A stretch of 64,000 nt of DNA, taken from the NCBI GenBank assembly GCA_964351745.1, contig CAYGPI010000001.1, positions 284-64,283 of the forward strand, given 5' to 3'. Under the pieces are notes generated by a model, which saw only the letters and a program-made list of their open reading frames with translations, was not told the origin of the DNA and did not search any database. Of this stretch, positions 28,794 to 37,889 are shown one piece after another. The first letter of the stretch is position 1. Every line of letters begins with the position of its first letter. The position numbers and the translations under genes are program-made. This DNA comes from an uncultured Francisellaceae bacterium. Its GTDB lineage: Bacteria > Pseudomonadota > Gammaproteobacteria > Berkiellales > Berkiellaceae.

Positions 28794-30290
28794 TTAAATT
28801 TTTCTTAGTACCATAACATAACCGAAAATGTCTTCACCTTCTTGCTTACGAAGACTTACATGTTCCTGAAAGATCCCTTCAAGTTTATGTTTGGCGCATA
28901 GACTTTCGATGTAGGCTTGGCTATGAGCATACCGCCCAGTCGGTAAAAGTTGATAATGGGATTCACCTGTCAGCGCTTCAACAGAGAAAGCAAAAAAACC
29001 TTTGGCGGCCAGTCTGGAAGCAATAAGCTCGAAAATAGCATCTAAATCTGCAAAATAGACAAAAACATCAGCGGCAATAATCAGATTAAAACTATCCTTG
29101 GTTTGCTGTAAAAAGCTGGTAGCATCTTGTACTGTGAGTTTATCATAACCCTTTTGTGCCATAGCAACTTCAATCATATTGGGGGAGAGATCGACCCCAA
29201 CAAGTTTCTTTGAAATATCTCTAAAGTAAGGTGCACTTAGCCCTGTGCCGCACCCAAGATCGAGAACATCCCATAATTGTTCACTGGTTGCTATGTGCGA
29301 GCTTAAAGCTTGCCTAAGCATGGCTGGGACTTGATATTCTAACGTTTTGCCAACATGCTGATCATAGCTATAAGCGTATTGATCAAAAAGAGCTCGGACA
29401 TATTCATGGGGAGCGCCTAGAGATGTTTGTTCGCCTTGAAGGGCAAAAATCATATGCTCCGCAGTTTTATTATATGGGTTGAGCTCGAAAGCCTTTTTGT
29501 AATATAAAAGTGCTTCTTGGGCCTGTTTTTCATGTAGTAAAACAGTGGCCAGGTTATGATATGCATCAGCATGATCAGGAGAAACGGCAATGGTTTTTTT
29601 ATAAAGTATAATGGCTTCGCCCAGTTGTCCTTGAGAGGCCTCGATAATACCTAAGTGAAAGAGGGCATCAACATTATTAGGCTCTCTTTTTAACGCTTGA
29701 GATAAATAGGGTTTTGCACGAGCAAAATCTTTGAGCGCCGTTAAGACAATGCCCAAATTGTGACAGGCACTATGGTGATCAGGGCGAAGTTTTAAAACTT
29801 CATGATAATGGCTAGAGGCATCAAGTAGCCGATCATTTTGGATGTAGCAATTAGCTAAGTTATAGTGCGCATCGACATGCTCTGGATCTTCTCTGACAGC
29901 TTTTTGTAAATGCTTGATAGCTTCAACAATGGAGCCATTTTGGTATAACAAGCAACCTAAATTATTTCGTGCTTCTGGATAAGGAGATTTTAATCTAAGC
30001 GCCTGATTGTAATGTCTTTTAGCCAATTCAAATTGTTTCGTTGCTTTGTAGGCATTGGCTAAATTATTGTGGAATGCAGGGATATGTGGAGCAGCTAGGG
30101 TTGCTTTCTCAAGCCAGTAAGTGGCTTGTTTAAAGTCTCTTGTTTGGGCAAATAAAAGTCCAAGACCATGGAGTGCATCTGGGTTGTCAGGATTAAGCTC
30201 AAGTATCTTTTCAAAGAGCTCTTTGGCTTCAGCCAGCTTATCATCTTGTTGCAGTCTTAAGGCAGACTTTAATTGAATATCGATATTCAT
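28794..30290 (-). CDS. TPR-repeat protein fused to a class I SAM-dependent methyltransferase
   Basis: About 8 TPR units in the N-terminal 280 aa (A.HNLG..L, A..YY..AL.L.P). C-terminal motif I VLDLGCGTGL plus post-I and II blocks. The ATG at 30288-30290 is preferred over the track's TTG at 30308. Confidence 0.85.
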   Translation of the reverse strand: MNIDIQLKSALRLQQDDKLAEAKELFEKILELNPDNPDALHGLGLLFAQTRDFKQATYWLEKATLAAPHIPAFHNNLANAYKATKQFELAKRHYNQALRLKSPYPEARNNLGCLLYQNGSIVEAIKHLQKAVREDPEHVDAHYNLANCYIQNDRLLDASSHYHEVLKLRPDHHSACHNLGIVLTALKDFARAKPYLSQALKREPNNVDALFHLGIIEASQGQLGEAIILYKKTIAVSPDHADAYHNLATVLLHEKQAQEALLYYKKAFELNPYNKTAEHMIFALQGEQTSLGAPHEYVRALFDQYAYSYDQHVGKTLEYQVPAMLRQALSSHIATSEQLWDVLDLGCGTGLSAPYFRDISKKLVGVDLSPNMIEVAMAQKGYDKLTVQDATSFLQQTKDSFNLIIAADVFVYFADLDAIFELIASRLAAKGFFAFSVEALTGESHYQLLPTGRYAHSQAYIESLCAKHKLEGIFQEHVSLRKQEGEDIFGYVMVLRKI

Positions 30291-30291
30291 G

Positions 30292-31287
30292 TTATAAAAT
30301 GTCCTCAAGAATAAATTGGTAAGCTAATCCATTAGACGTTTCAGCTGTTAAAATTTTTTCATGCTCATTAAGTCCTAAAGCGAGTGTGACGCTGGCACCT
30401 GGTCGCCAATATGAACGAGATGAGATAGTTATTTCTTTTTTGAGGTGGCCAGTTTGGACATCCCAAATCTTAATTGATCGAGGTGGGTGGCCAGTGATAA
30501 TCGTTTTGCTGTCATTAGTGAAAAGACTCGCTGTAATGGAAGAAGGTAAGATACGAAAGATGTTATATTTAGGGGCAAGTTGTAGCTCGCTTACTATTTT
30601 CCCTGTTTTTAAATCATGGATCCATGCTTTGCTTTGTGAAGAAGCATTGAGTAAATATTGGTTATTAGGTGAACTCTTAATGTGATTAACTTTAGAAGGA
30701 TGGAACCATTGATATAGCATGTTACCCGTATTAAGTTCCCATATTCGTACAGCCGTATCATCAGAGCCAATCATGGCAAGCTTGTTATCATCAGATAATT
30801 CAACAGTCGTCACTGTGTCAGCGTGCTTAAAATTCCTTAATATATTACCATTGACTACGTCAATAAGTTGGGCGCTGTAATCTGTAAAACCGATGAGTGC
30901 ATATTTCCCAGTTTTCGAGAGTGCAAGCGAAGTGGGTTTTTCTTTTATTTCTAGGTATCTATAGGCCTGCCCAGTTTTAGTGTCCCAAACAGCCATAGCA
31001 TTTGCACTCAAGCTAACAGCTATTGGCGAATCTTTGGCAAGTGCGATAGCTAAAATATCTTGGTCATAGCCATGATGTTTCAATTTAAATTTGAGTTTAT
31101 TAGCTTGTAGGTCCCAGAATTGAACACCTAGATCAACTGTGGAAACTAAAGCTTGCTCGCTATTTTTTGAGATAGCTGCCGCAACGATGCCTAACCCAGA
31201 ATGAGTAAAAGTTCGCGAGGGCTTTATCCCTTGATCACATCCAAGTAAGATAAATACCAAAATAAATAGGATGAATCTGTAATGCAT
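30292..31287 (-). CDS. WD40/beta-propeller repeat lipoprotein
   Basis: Lipobox in MHYRFILFILVFILLGC/DQG. Repeated WD-like units (VQFWDLQANK, MAVWDTKTGQ, VRIWELNTGN, AWIHDLKTGK, IKIWDVQTGH). The stop lies 1 nt before the methyltransferase ATG. Confidence 0.75.
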   Translation of the reverse strand: MHYRFILFILVFILLGCDQGIKPSRTFTHSGLGIVAAAISKNSEQALVSTVDLGVQFWDLQANKLKFKLKHHGYDQDILAIALAKDSPIAVSLSANAMAVWDTKTGQAYRYLEIKEKPTSLALSKTGKYALIGFTDYSAQLIDVVNGNILRNFKHADTVTTVELSDDNKLAMIGSDDTAVRIWELNTGNMLYQWFHPSKVNHIKSSPNNQYLLNASSQSKAWIHDLKTGKIVSELQLAPKYNIFRILPSSITASLFTNDSKTIITGHPPRSIKIWDVQTGHLKKEITISSRSYWRPGASVTLALGLNEHEKILTAETSNGLAYQFILEDIL

Positions 31288-31456
31288 GGCTTGTCCAGTA
31301 ATCATAATTGCCTTTATGATACCTGAGTTTTTATGTTCCGTGGAAAATGATAGTATCTCTTATATAAAATTTTTCTAAGTTGTAGAGCAGGGCATGTAGT
31401 CGATACCTAAAATTCAGTTGCTATGGCTATATTGTTGTCTCCATATGGAAGTCATC

Positions 31457-32623
31457 ATGCATAACGCTATCTTACATTCAATTTTCCTTATTTTTTCTGG
31501 GGCTGCCATTTTAGCTACCTTAGCTTTATGGACCCGCCAATCACTTTTAGTGGCTTATATTGTCTTGGGTGCCATTTTAGGTCCAGGTCTTGGTCTATTT
31601 GAAGATAAAGGCATCATTCGAGATGTTAGCGATATTGGCATTGTCTTCCTACTATTCTTGCTAGGTTTGAATCTTGAACCACAAAGCTTAGTTAAAATGC
31701 TCAAACAAACCACCGGGATTACTGTCGCAAGTTCCTTTCTTTTTGGTTTAGTTGGTGCTGGCTTTGGAATGATGATGGGGTTTAATGGTGTTGATAGTTT
31801 AGTGATCGGCACTTGCATGATGTTTTCTAGCACTATCATTGGATTAAAACTTTTGCCGACAACGGTGCTTCACCATCAGAAAATGGGTGAAATAGTCATT
31901 AGTATTTTGCTTCTTCAAGATATTATAGCTATTTTTGCATTGCTCTTGATTGAGGGGGCAGGCACAGGCGGTGGTTTATCACTCATGGAGTTTGGCAGGG
32001 TTTCTATTGCGTTACCAGGGCTTATATTGTTGGCCTTTGCTGTGGAGCGATGGGTGCTTGTGCCGACCCTCAGTAAATTTAGTAGAATTCATGAATTTCT
32101 ATTTTTAGTGGCGATAGGCTGGTGTTTGGCTTTAGGGCAATTGGCTGAGTATTTAAAAGTTTCATTTGAGGTTGGCGCTTTTATTGCTGGTATTTCGCTA
32201 GCAGCTAGTCCTGTTGCACGATTTATAGCTGAGTCTCTAAAACCACTAAGGGATTTTTTTCTTATCTTGTTTTTCTTCTCTTTGGGTGCAGGTATTGATT
32301 TACAAGCTTTACCATCGGTCTTATTGCCAGCTGCCGGACTAGCTATTTTAATGATCGCGATTAAGCCATTTAGCTTTAAATATCTACTTAAGAACATGAC
32401 TGGCTCTACAGGTAAATCTTGGGAAATAGGGGTTAGGATTGGCCAGATTAGTGAGTTTTCGTTGTTGGTGGTCTACAAAGCTTTAAGTGTTGGGCTAATC
32501 ACGCAAAAATGTTCATATACCATACAAATCGCGACTATATTTACATTTATGATATCTTCTTATTGGATTCTTAATCGGTACCATACGCCAGTTTCCATGT
32601 CTGAAAAGCTTAGAAGGGATTAA
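31457..32623 (+). CDS. Cation:proton antiporter (CPA2/Kef-like membrane domain)
   Basis: About 388 aa, 11-13 TM segments, Na_H_exchanger-like blocks (GIVFLLFLLGLNLEP, LLLQDIIAI). Start placed at the ATG at 31457. Confidence 0.8.
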   Translation: MHNAILHSIFLIFSGAAILATLALWTRQSLLVAYIVLGAILGPGLGLFEDKGIIRDVSDIGIVFLLFLLGLNLEPQSLVKMLKQTTGITVASSFLFGLVGAGFGMMMGFNGVDSLVIGTCMMFSSTIIGLKLLPTTVLHHQKMGEIVISILLLQDIIAIFALLLIEGAGTGGGLSLMEFGRVSIALPGLILLAFAVERWVLVPTLSKFSRIHEFLFLVAIGWCLALGQLAEYLKVSFEVGAFIAGISLAASPVARFIAESLKPLRDFFLILFFFSLGAGIDLQALPSVLLPAAGLAILMIAIKPFSFKYLLKNMTGSTGKSWEIGVRIGQISEFSLLVVYKALSVGLITQKCSYTIQIATIFTFMISSYWILNRYHTPVSMSEKLRRD

Positions 32624-32625
32624 AG

Positions 32626-33222
32626 ATGCAGAAAAAGTGGCTTCTATTTGTGTTATTCGTCATGATAAGTACAAGCGGGTTGGCTAAATCCCCAGGCGTG
32701 CTTGTTGAAGGGATCCATCTGCCTTTGACGATTGAGACAATGAATAGAAAAGTGACGGTACAATTGCAAAGCCATGCATTACGGTTTCAGTTTGGTCAAA
32801 AATTATATATAGGCTCCATATATTCATCCACACCTGTTAAAGGTGAAAAGATGATGCGGGATCATGAAGGCCCTTTAGTGATGCAGCTTCATGTTTTAGC
32901 GGATGAGGTCGAAGATTATAATGTAGTTAAAACTTGGTTTGAGTCTTTTATCGTTAATAATAATGATATAGCATTAGAAATTCACTCAAAAGATATTCAG
33001 TCTTTTAAAGAAAGTATTTCTAGGGATTTTAAGGCTGGTGATATCATTTCTATTCAATATGAAGAGCCATATGCTATGAATCTTTATATCAATCAAGAGC
33101 TTCAAGGCAACTGGAAGAGCCATGAGTTTTTTAATATGATGCTGAATGTCTGGATTGGTCCACATCCGCCTTCTAGAGAATTTAAGCGCGCTATTCTTAA
33201 TTTCCCAATGACTGAATCATAA
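32626..33222 (+). CDS. Chalcone-isomerase-like family periplasmic protein
   Basis: Signal peptide. KLYIGSIY, KAGDIISIQY and FFNMMLNVWIGPHPPSREFKRAIL match the bacterial chalcone_isomerase-like (YbgI-unrelated, PF16036-type) pattern. From memory only. Confidence 0.5.
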   Translation: MQKKWLLFVLFVMISTSGLAKSPGVLVEGIHLPLTIETMNRKVTVQLQSHALRFQFGQKLYIGSIYSSTPVKGEKMMRDHEGPLVMQLHVLADEVEDYNVVKTWFESFIVNNNDIALEIHSKDIQSFKESISRDFKAGDIISIQYEEPYAMNLYINQELQGNWKSHEFFNMMLNVWIGPHPPSREFKRAILNFPMTES

Positions 33223-33279
33223 TTGAGCTAGCTGTTCATAACGCTTTCATGTTTACATTAAGTGTCAAGAGGTGAGCCT

Positions 33280-34638
33280 ATGTCTGTGAGTATTTTCGAT
33301 TTATTCTCTGTGGGGATTGGTCCTTCAAGCTCACACACCATGGGCCCTATGATTGCCGCTTATGATTTTGTTCAAAAACTTGAGCATGAGCAGTGGTTTA
33401 CAGATGTATCTCGAATCCAATGTGAGTTGTTTGGCTCCTTAGCTTGTACCGGTAAAGGTCATCATACAGACAAAGCCATTTTAATGGGGCTAGAGGGGCA
33501 CCTGCCTGAATCTGTTGATCCTTTAGAAATGTTTGGGCGTCCTGATGTCATCCAAGCGATGCAGAAAATTAATCTGTTACAAAAAAAGGAAATATCTTTT
33601 AACTCAAGTCGAGATTTCATTTTCCACTTTATGGAGCAGCTAGATTATCATGTGAATGGTATGAGATTCAGTGCCTTTTGTGGTGACCAATGGCTCTATA
33701 GCTTGCAATATTATTCAGTTGGTGGAGGGTTTATTGTCTCTGATTTAGACATTCAAGCTGGCTCTTTAACTGTAGATAGTGAGCAACTGCCATATCCTTT
33801 TCATACAGCAAAGCAGCTGCTCATGCATTGTGATGAGCATCAACTGAATATTTCAGATATTATTCTTGCCAATGAGCTAATTTTTCGAGATCAAAAAACA
33901 ATTGATATGAAACTCGAAAGGATCATTGAAGTGATGATGGCTTCTATTGAGCGAGGCTGCCAAACAGAGGGTATTTTACCTGGTGGTTTAAAAGTTCGTA
34001 GGCGAGCAGCGCAGCTTTACAAGACTCTTATCGCTAAGAAAGAAACAGATCCCATGTTATGGCTTAACGTTTATGGTCTCGCTGTGAATGAAGAAAATGG
34101 GGCCGGAGGCCGCATTGTTACAGCGCCAACAAATGGCGCAGCTGGGATCATACCAGCTGTTTTAAAGTATTATATGGATTTCTATCCTGAAGCAAGCATT
34201 GAGAAATGTAGGCAATATTTGTTAACGGCAGGTGGCATAGCACTTTTGTACAAAATGCGAGCAAGTATTTCTGGTGCTGAAGTGGGGTGCCAAGGTGAAG
34301 TTGGTGTTGCTTGCTCAATGGCCGCAGGTGGGTTTGCTGAGATTTTGGGCGGCGACATTTGGCAAGTTGAGAAAGCTGCTGAAATGGGGATGGAGCACCA
34401 TCTTGGCCTTACTTGCGACCCCATCGGGGGACTTGTGCAAATCCCATGTATTGAGCGTAATGCAATGGCTGCGGTGAGGGCAGTGAATGCGGCTAAACTA
34501 ACGCTCGCTGAAGATAGTCGCCATTACGTCTCGCTAGATCAGGTCATTGATACCATGAAAAAGACTGGGTATGACATGTTATCTATTTATAAAGAGACCT
34601 CTCAGGGTGGTTTAGCGGTCATTTACCCAGAGTGTTGA
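33280..34638 (+). CDS. sdaA: L-serine ammonia-lyase (iron-sulfur dependent)
   Basis: [25 protein letters not shown]-terminus and the C-terminal alpha domain with the CxxGEVG and [15 protein letters not shown] motifs. The ATG at 33280 has GAGGTG upstream. Confidence 0.92.
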   Translation: MSVSIFDLFSVGIGPSSSHTMGPMIAAYDFVQKLEHEQWFTDVSRIQCELFGSLACTGKGHHTDKAILMGLEGHLPESVDPLEMFGRPDVIQAMQKINLLQKKEISFNSSRDFIFHFMEQLDYHVNGMRFSAFCGDQWLYSLQYYSVGGGFIVSDLDIQAGSLTVDSEQLPYPFHTAKQLLMHCDEHQLNISDIILANELIFRDQKTIDMKLERIIEVMMASIERGCQTEGILPGGLKVRRRAAQLYKTLIAKKETDPMLWLNVYGLAVNEENGAGGRIVTAPTNGAAGIIPAVLKYYMDFYPEASIEKCRQYLLTAGGIALLYKMRASISGAEVGCQGEVGVACSMAAGGFAEILGGDIWQVEKAAEMGMEHHLGLTCDPIGGLVQIPCIERNAMAAVRAVNAAKLTLAEDSRHYVSLDQVIDTMKKTGYDMLSIYKETSQGGLAVIYPEC

Positions 34639-34787
34639 TGGACTAAATCAATAATATTCCCCTTTTATCTGAGTGTTTGCTGAGCTTGTCGAGCTTTGAA
34701 GTTTTGATATTGCACAATATTTCAAAGGGACGTAACATAGATTATATTCGCAAGTTGTGTACACATTGTTGTATTAATTGAGGTTTT

Positions 34788-35252
34788 GTGTCCAATATTC
34801 ATCCGTTTCCACCTGTTAAAGTGCCAAAGCATGGTTATCTTATTGGCGGTCCAATCGATTCGTCTAAAGTAAGTTTACGAATTTTTGGCGAAAGTTTATT
34901 ACCAGATAGTATCTCTGAGTTGCTTGCAGCCAAGCCAGATATTGCTTGTAAAAAAGGGGATCAAAAATTCAGGCACAATCAAATGCATATTGAGCGTAAA
35001 GGCAAGTGGATCTTATATGGGGCTGAGCCTGAGCATATGCATTTAGAGAAACAAATTATAACTCTATTAGATAGAGTGACAGATGATCTAACCATTTGGC
35101 AAGATTTAAGTGATAATTTTAATATTGACATCCATTGTGGGGTTTTCTTAGAAGCTTTTAACCGGGGTCTTGTATTTTCAAACTATTTGTTATCAGAGCT
35201 CGCCAAAAGAAATTTAAAAATTAATTTTGATTTCTATAGTACATTTGAATAG
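34788..35252 (+). CDS. Hypothetical protein, resembles the DUF4279 family
   Basis: 154 aa. GTG start with a GAGG RBS. Pattern L.IFG..L.P..I...L...P....KKGD ... W.L ... LE.QI..LL..V ... I.CGVF ... L..L..R.L...FD.Y recalls DUF4279. From memory only. Confidence 0.5.
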   Translation: MSNIHPFPPVKVPKHGYLIGGPIDSSKVSLRIFGESLLPDSISELLAAKPDIACKKGDQKFRHNQMHIERKGKWILYGAEPEHMHLEKQIITLLDRVTDDLTIWQDLSDNFNIDIHCGVFLEAFNRGLVFSNYLLSELAKRNLKINFDFYSTFE

Positions 35253-35267
35253 GAGCTGTTCATCACA

Positions 35268-35543
35268 ATGGGTAGGCACCAAAGTCTAGAGCGATCGGTT
35301 AAAAAAAGCTTGAAATGGCTGGAGTCTAACGAGGGCGTCGCTAAGGTGGTGATAGGTATTTCTGAGTGCTGTCGTCATAAATACCCACCAGGGTATCTGA
35401 AATTTAAAATGGATGTTGATGCAGGATTGACGCTTAATGCTTACTCTGGGAACGGTGTGACAGATTTGTTTATCAAAATTGAGCCTATTGAATTACGAGA
35501 GAGTGTTAAAGAAGCTTTACAATGGCGCTTTAATCGATCATGA
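35268..35543 (+). CDS. Small hypothetical protein (91 aa)
   Basis: ATG after AGGAG, 15 nt downstream of the previous gene. Contains a CC.H cluster (ISECCRHKYPPG). Any DUF2103-like resemblance is weak. Confidence 0.45.
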   Translation: MGRHQSLERSVKKSLKWLESNEGVAKVVIGISECCRHKYPPGYLKFKMDVDAGLTLNAYSGNGVTDLFIKIEPIELRESVKEALQWRFNRS

Positions 35544-35570
35544 GGATTATAAAGTGGAGATAGAGCGGGT

Positions 35571-36557
35571 ATGTTAGATGTGGCTCAATTGCAACAAAAG
35601 GTTGCTTTTGAAAAATCTCGCAAGAGAGATCAAGCCGCTGAGAGCTCTCGAGCCTATCGTAAAGCCTTTACCCCAGCTTTAGCTGAGTTTCAAGAGCAGT
35701 CAGATGCTGGGTATGATTCATGTGGATCTCTTAGCAGCACAGAAGAGTTGGCGTTAGATTTTGAAGATATTGATCATGCTGAGCTAAAGAAGGCTAATCA
35801 TTACAAATGGTTTGTAGGTAGCAATGAAAAATCAATTCCTGATTTGAATTTATTTAAAGATAGCCATTTTGTGGTGCTAGGCTGTTCGTGTATTAAGTCC
35901 ATAGAAACAGTTTTTAAAAGTATTGATTGGGACAACTATGATCCAAAAGGCTCAGTCCCTCAACTAATGGTTCTTGAATTATCTGAGCATGTCATCAAAG
36001 CTTGGTCTAACCTTAAGATCGTCACAGAAAAGGCAAGTTCTCTTGATGAGTTTCATAAAAGAATCCTAGGTTATGAGTTGTTTTCTGATGTGAGGATCCA
36101 AAGTTTTCCTAAAAATTCTGCTGAAAAATTTTTATATCAATTAAAGCAGTTTTGTTTCAATGACAAGCAATATCAATTCCTAAAGCAGGTGGTCAATAAG
36201 ACCATTGTTTGTTTTGGAGATTGGGCTGATAATGCGGTGATTCAGCAAATGAGACGTCAAATAAATGGACGTTCTTTAGTCGTTTATGCCTCAAATATTC
36301 CTGAATATGCTTTATGCTTCTTTGGCCCTGTTGTGCTGAGTGATATCGTTGACAACATCATAGCGCTTGATCCGCTTCAAACGATCTACGCATCATCTCA
36401 AGAATCGGTGCGTCGCCAAACTCGATTGTTTATGCCACATAGGATGAGTGTTGTGCAGGGCAGCTCTAAACCAGAGCACTTAGAGGATCTAAAGGCAGGT
36501 GACTCCGTTGTTGATGGTTATCTAAAAAGCATTAAAGAGACAAAACTTCGTTTATAG
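35571..36557 (+). CDS. Hypothetical protein (328 aa), no signal peptide
   Basis: Intact ORF 27 nt after the previous gene. Acidic, probably disordered N-terminal ~70 aa, then a globular region with alternating strand/helix-like segments (HFVVLGCSC, QLMVLELSEH, TIVCFGDWADN, SLVVYASNIPEY). No family recognised. Confidence 0.5.
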   Translation: MLDVAQLQQKVAFEKSRKRDQAAESSRAYRKAFTPALAEFQEQSDAGYDSCGSLSSTEELALDFEDIDHAELKKANHYKWFVGSNEKSIPDLNLFKDSHFVVLGCSCIKSIETVFKSIDWDNYDPKGSVPQLMVLELSEHVIKAWSNLKIVTEKASSLDEFHKRILGYELFSDVRIQSFPKNSAEKFLYQLKQFCFNDKQYQFLKQVVNKTIVCFGDWADNAVIQQMRRQINGRSLVVYASNIPEYALCFFGPVVLSDIVDNIIALDPLQTIYASSQESVRRQTRLFMPHRMSVVQGSSKPEHLEDLKAGDSVVDGYLKSIKETKLRL

Positions 36558-36660
36558 CTATAACAAAGATTGTGGGTAGGCAATGAAAGGCGCCTAGTCT
36601 CCAGGGAGTTTTTCTTTTAGAATGGCTTACTGTCACTAGGATAACAATTGAGTTGAGTAA

Positions 36661-37275
36661 ATGAAATCCATCTTACCGAGTTTTGACTTATTGAAGGGAA
36701 GTCCTCGTAACCAGGTCGCTCTTATCATGTCATTTGCTGCTATGTTTCTTTTGATCCCTGGCTTGTCACTCTCTATGTTGCACATAAGCACCACTGGCGC
36801 GGTTGATGCACCCTTAACTCGTTTCGATATTAATTTTTTTGACACGAATAATTCCATCTTAACAACGGTTAATGATTTGTTTGATCAAGGATATTATATT
36901 GTTTCAACTTTGATTTTTTTGTTTAGCGTCGTGGTTCCAACAGCCAAAATTATCATGCTAGTTCAAGCACTCTTTATGAAACAATATACCGCTAGAAGAA
37001 ATATCATTCGATTTATTCAGTCCATTGGCAAATGGTCTATGTGTGATGTTTTTGTAGTAGCTATTTTTTTATCGTACCTATCGACTGGCACTCGAAATAC
37101 CGGGGAGACGCACGAGTCGTCGATTTTAGGCGTGCCTATAGAGATTGATATATTAGTGAATATGGATGCTCATCTTGAGACAGGATTTTACTGTTTTCTA
37201 GGATATTGTTTAACTTCTTTGATTGCCCTGCAATTTTTTGAAGAAAAGCCAGGAAAAGTTAAGTTATCCAACTAG
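36661..37275 (+). CDS. Single-domain PqiA-like (paraquat-inducible protein A family) membrane protein
   Basis: 204 aa, 4 TM segments. The GKWSMCDVFVVAIFLSYL block is typical of PqiA repeats. Confidence 0.6.
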   Translation: MKSILPSFDLLKGSPRNQVALIMSFAAMFLLIPGLSLSMLHISTTGAVDAPLTRFDINFFDTNNSILTTVNDLFDQGYYIVSTLIFLFSVVVPTAKIIMLVQALFMKQYTARRNIIRFIQSIGKWSMCDVFVVAIFLSYLSTGTRNTGETHESSILGVPIEIDILVNMDAHLETGFYCFLGYCLTSLIALQFFEEKPGKVKLSN

Positions 37276-37422
37276 TATTTTAAGGACTATTAACCGTCCA
37301 TCCTTCATTTGTCTCAGGCTGTCTACTTAAACAAGTTTTCATGCTTAACCCTTGATATAGTTTGGCAACTTGAGTTTATTGACTCAGTTTTTTCCATTCT
37401 TAAATATATGAGGGTATATAAA

Positions 37423-37821
37423 ATGTTACAAAATAAAGGTTTATTAGGTTGGGCAGCTGCTGGCGCTGCATTTGTTGGTGGCATGACTTATGCTGCTGCA
37501 ACTTCTCCGATTGGTGTTGGCGTTCATTTCTTATGGAATGCTGCTGTTTATGGTCTTGGAAGTCTAGCTGTTAAATTTGCTGCTGATAAGGTCGAAGATT
37601 ACTTAGATAAGGATTACGTTGCTGTCTCTGATTATGATTCAGAATATGATTCAGAAGATGAATATAGTCAAGAAGTTCCTTTCACTACTCGTACACGTCG
37701 CAGCGCTATGATTTTCTCTGATCCAGCCGCTGATGATTTTGATGATTTAGATGTAGCTGCTTATCGTCAATTTAAGTTAGATGATGAGCAAGCTTATCAA
37801 GCAGAAAGAAAGAAATGGTAA
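37423..37821 (+). CDS. Small membrane protein with an acidic Tyr/Asp/Glu-rich tail
   Basis: The ATG at 37423 follows GAGGG. Gly/Ala-rich hydrophobic hairpin (GLLGWAAAGAAFVGGMTYAAA...GLGSLAV), then SDYDSEYDSEDEYSQE and DDFDDLD. A strong terminator follows. Confidence 0.5.
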   Translation: MLQNKGLLGWAAAGAAFVGGMTYAAATSPIGVGVHFLWNAAVYGLGSLAVKFAADKVEDYLDKDYVAVSDYDSEYDSEDEYSQEVPFTTRTRRSAMIFSDPAADDFDDLDVAAYRQFKLDDEQAYQAERKKW

Positions 37822-37852
37822 GCCGAAGGTTTATTTGATTTTGTCTTTCAGG

Positions 37853-37877
37853 AAACCGGCTTAGGCCGGTTTTTTTA
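37853..37877. terminator. Rho-independent terminator between convergent genes
   Basis: 8-bp stem AAACCGGC / GCCGGTTT, loop TTAG, followed by a T-run on the plus strand. Confidence 0.75.
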
Positions 37878-37889
37878 TGCTTTTTATTT

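Noticed and set aside
35730-35790. DID (DxD-like) motif in the 328-aa orphan as evidence of a glycosyltransferase toxin
   Set aside because: The motif sits in an acidic, probably disordered segment (ALDFEDIDHAE) rather than after a hydrophobic beta-strand, and no other GT-A features were seen.
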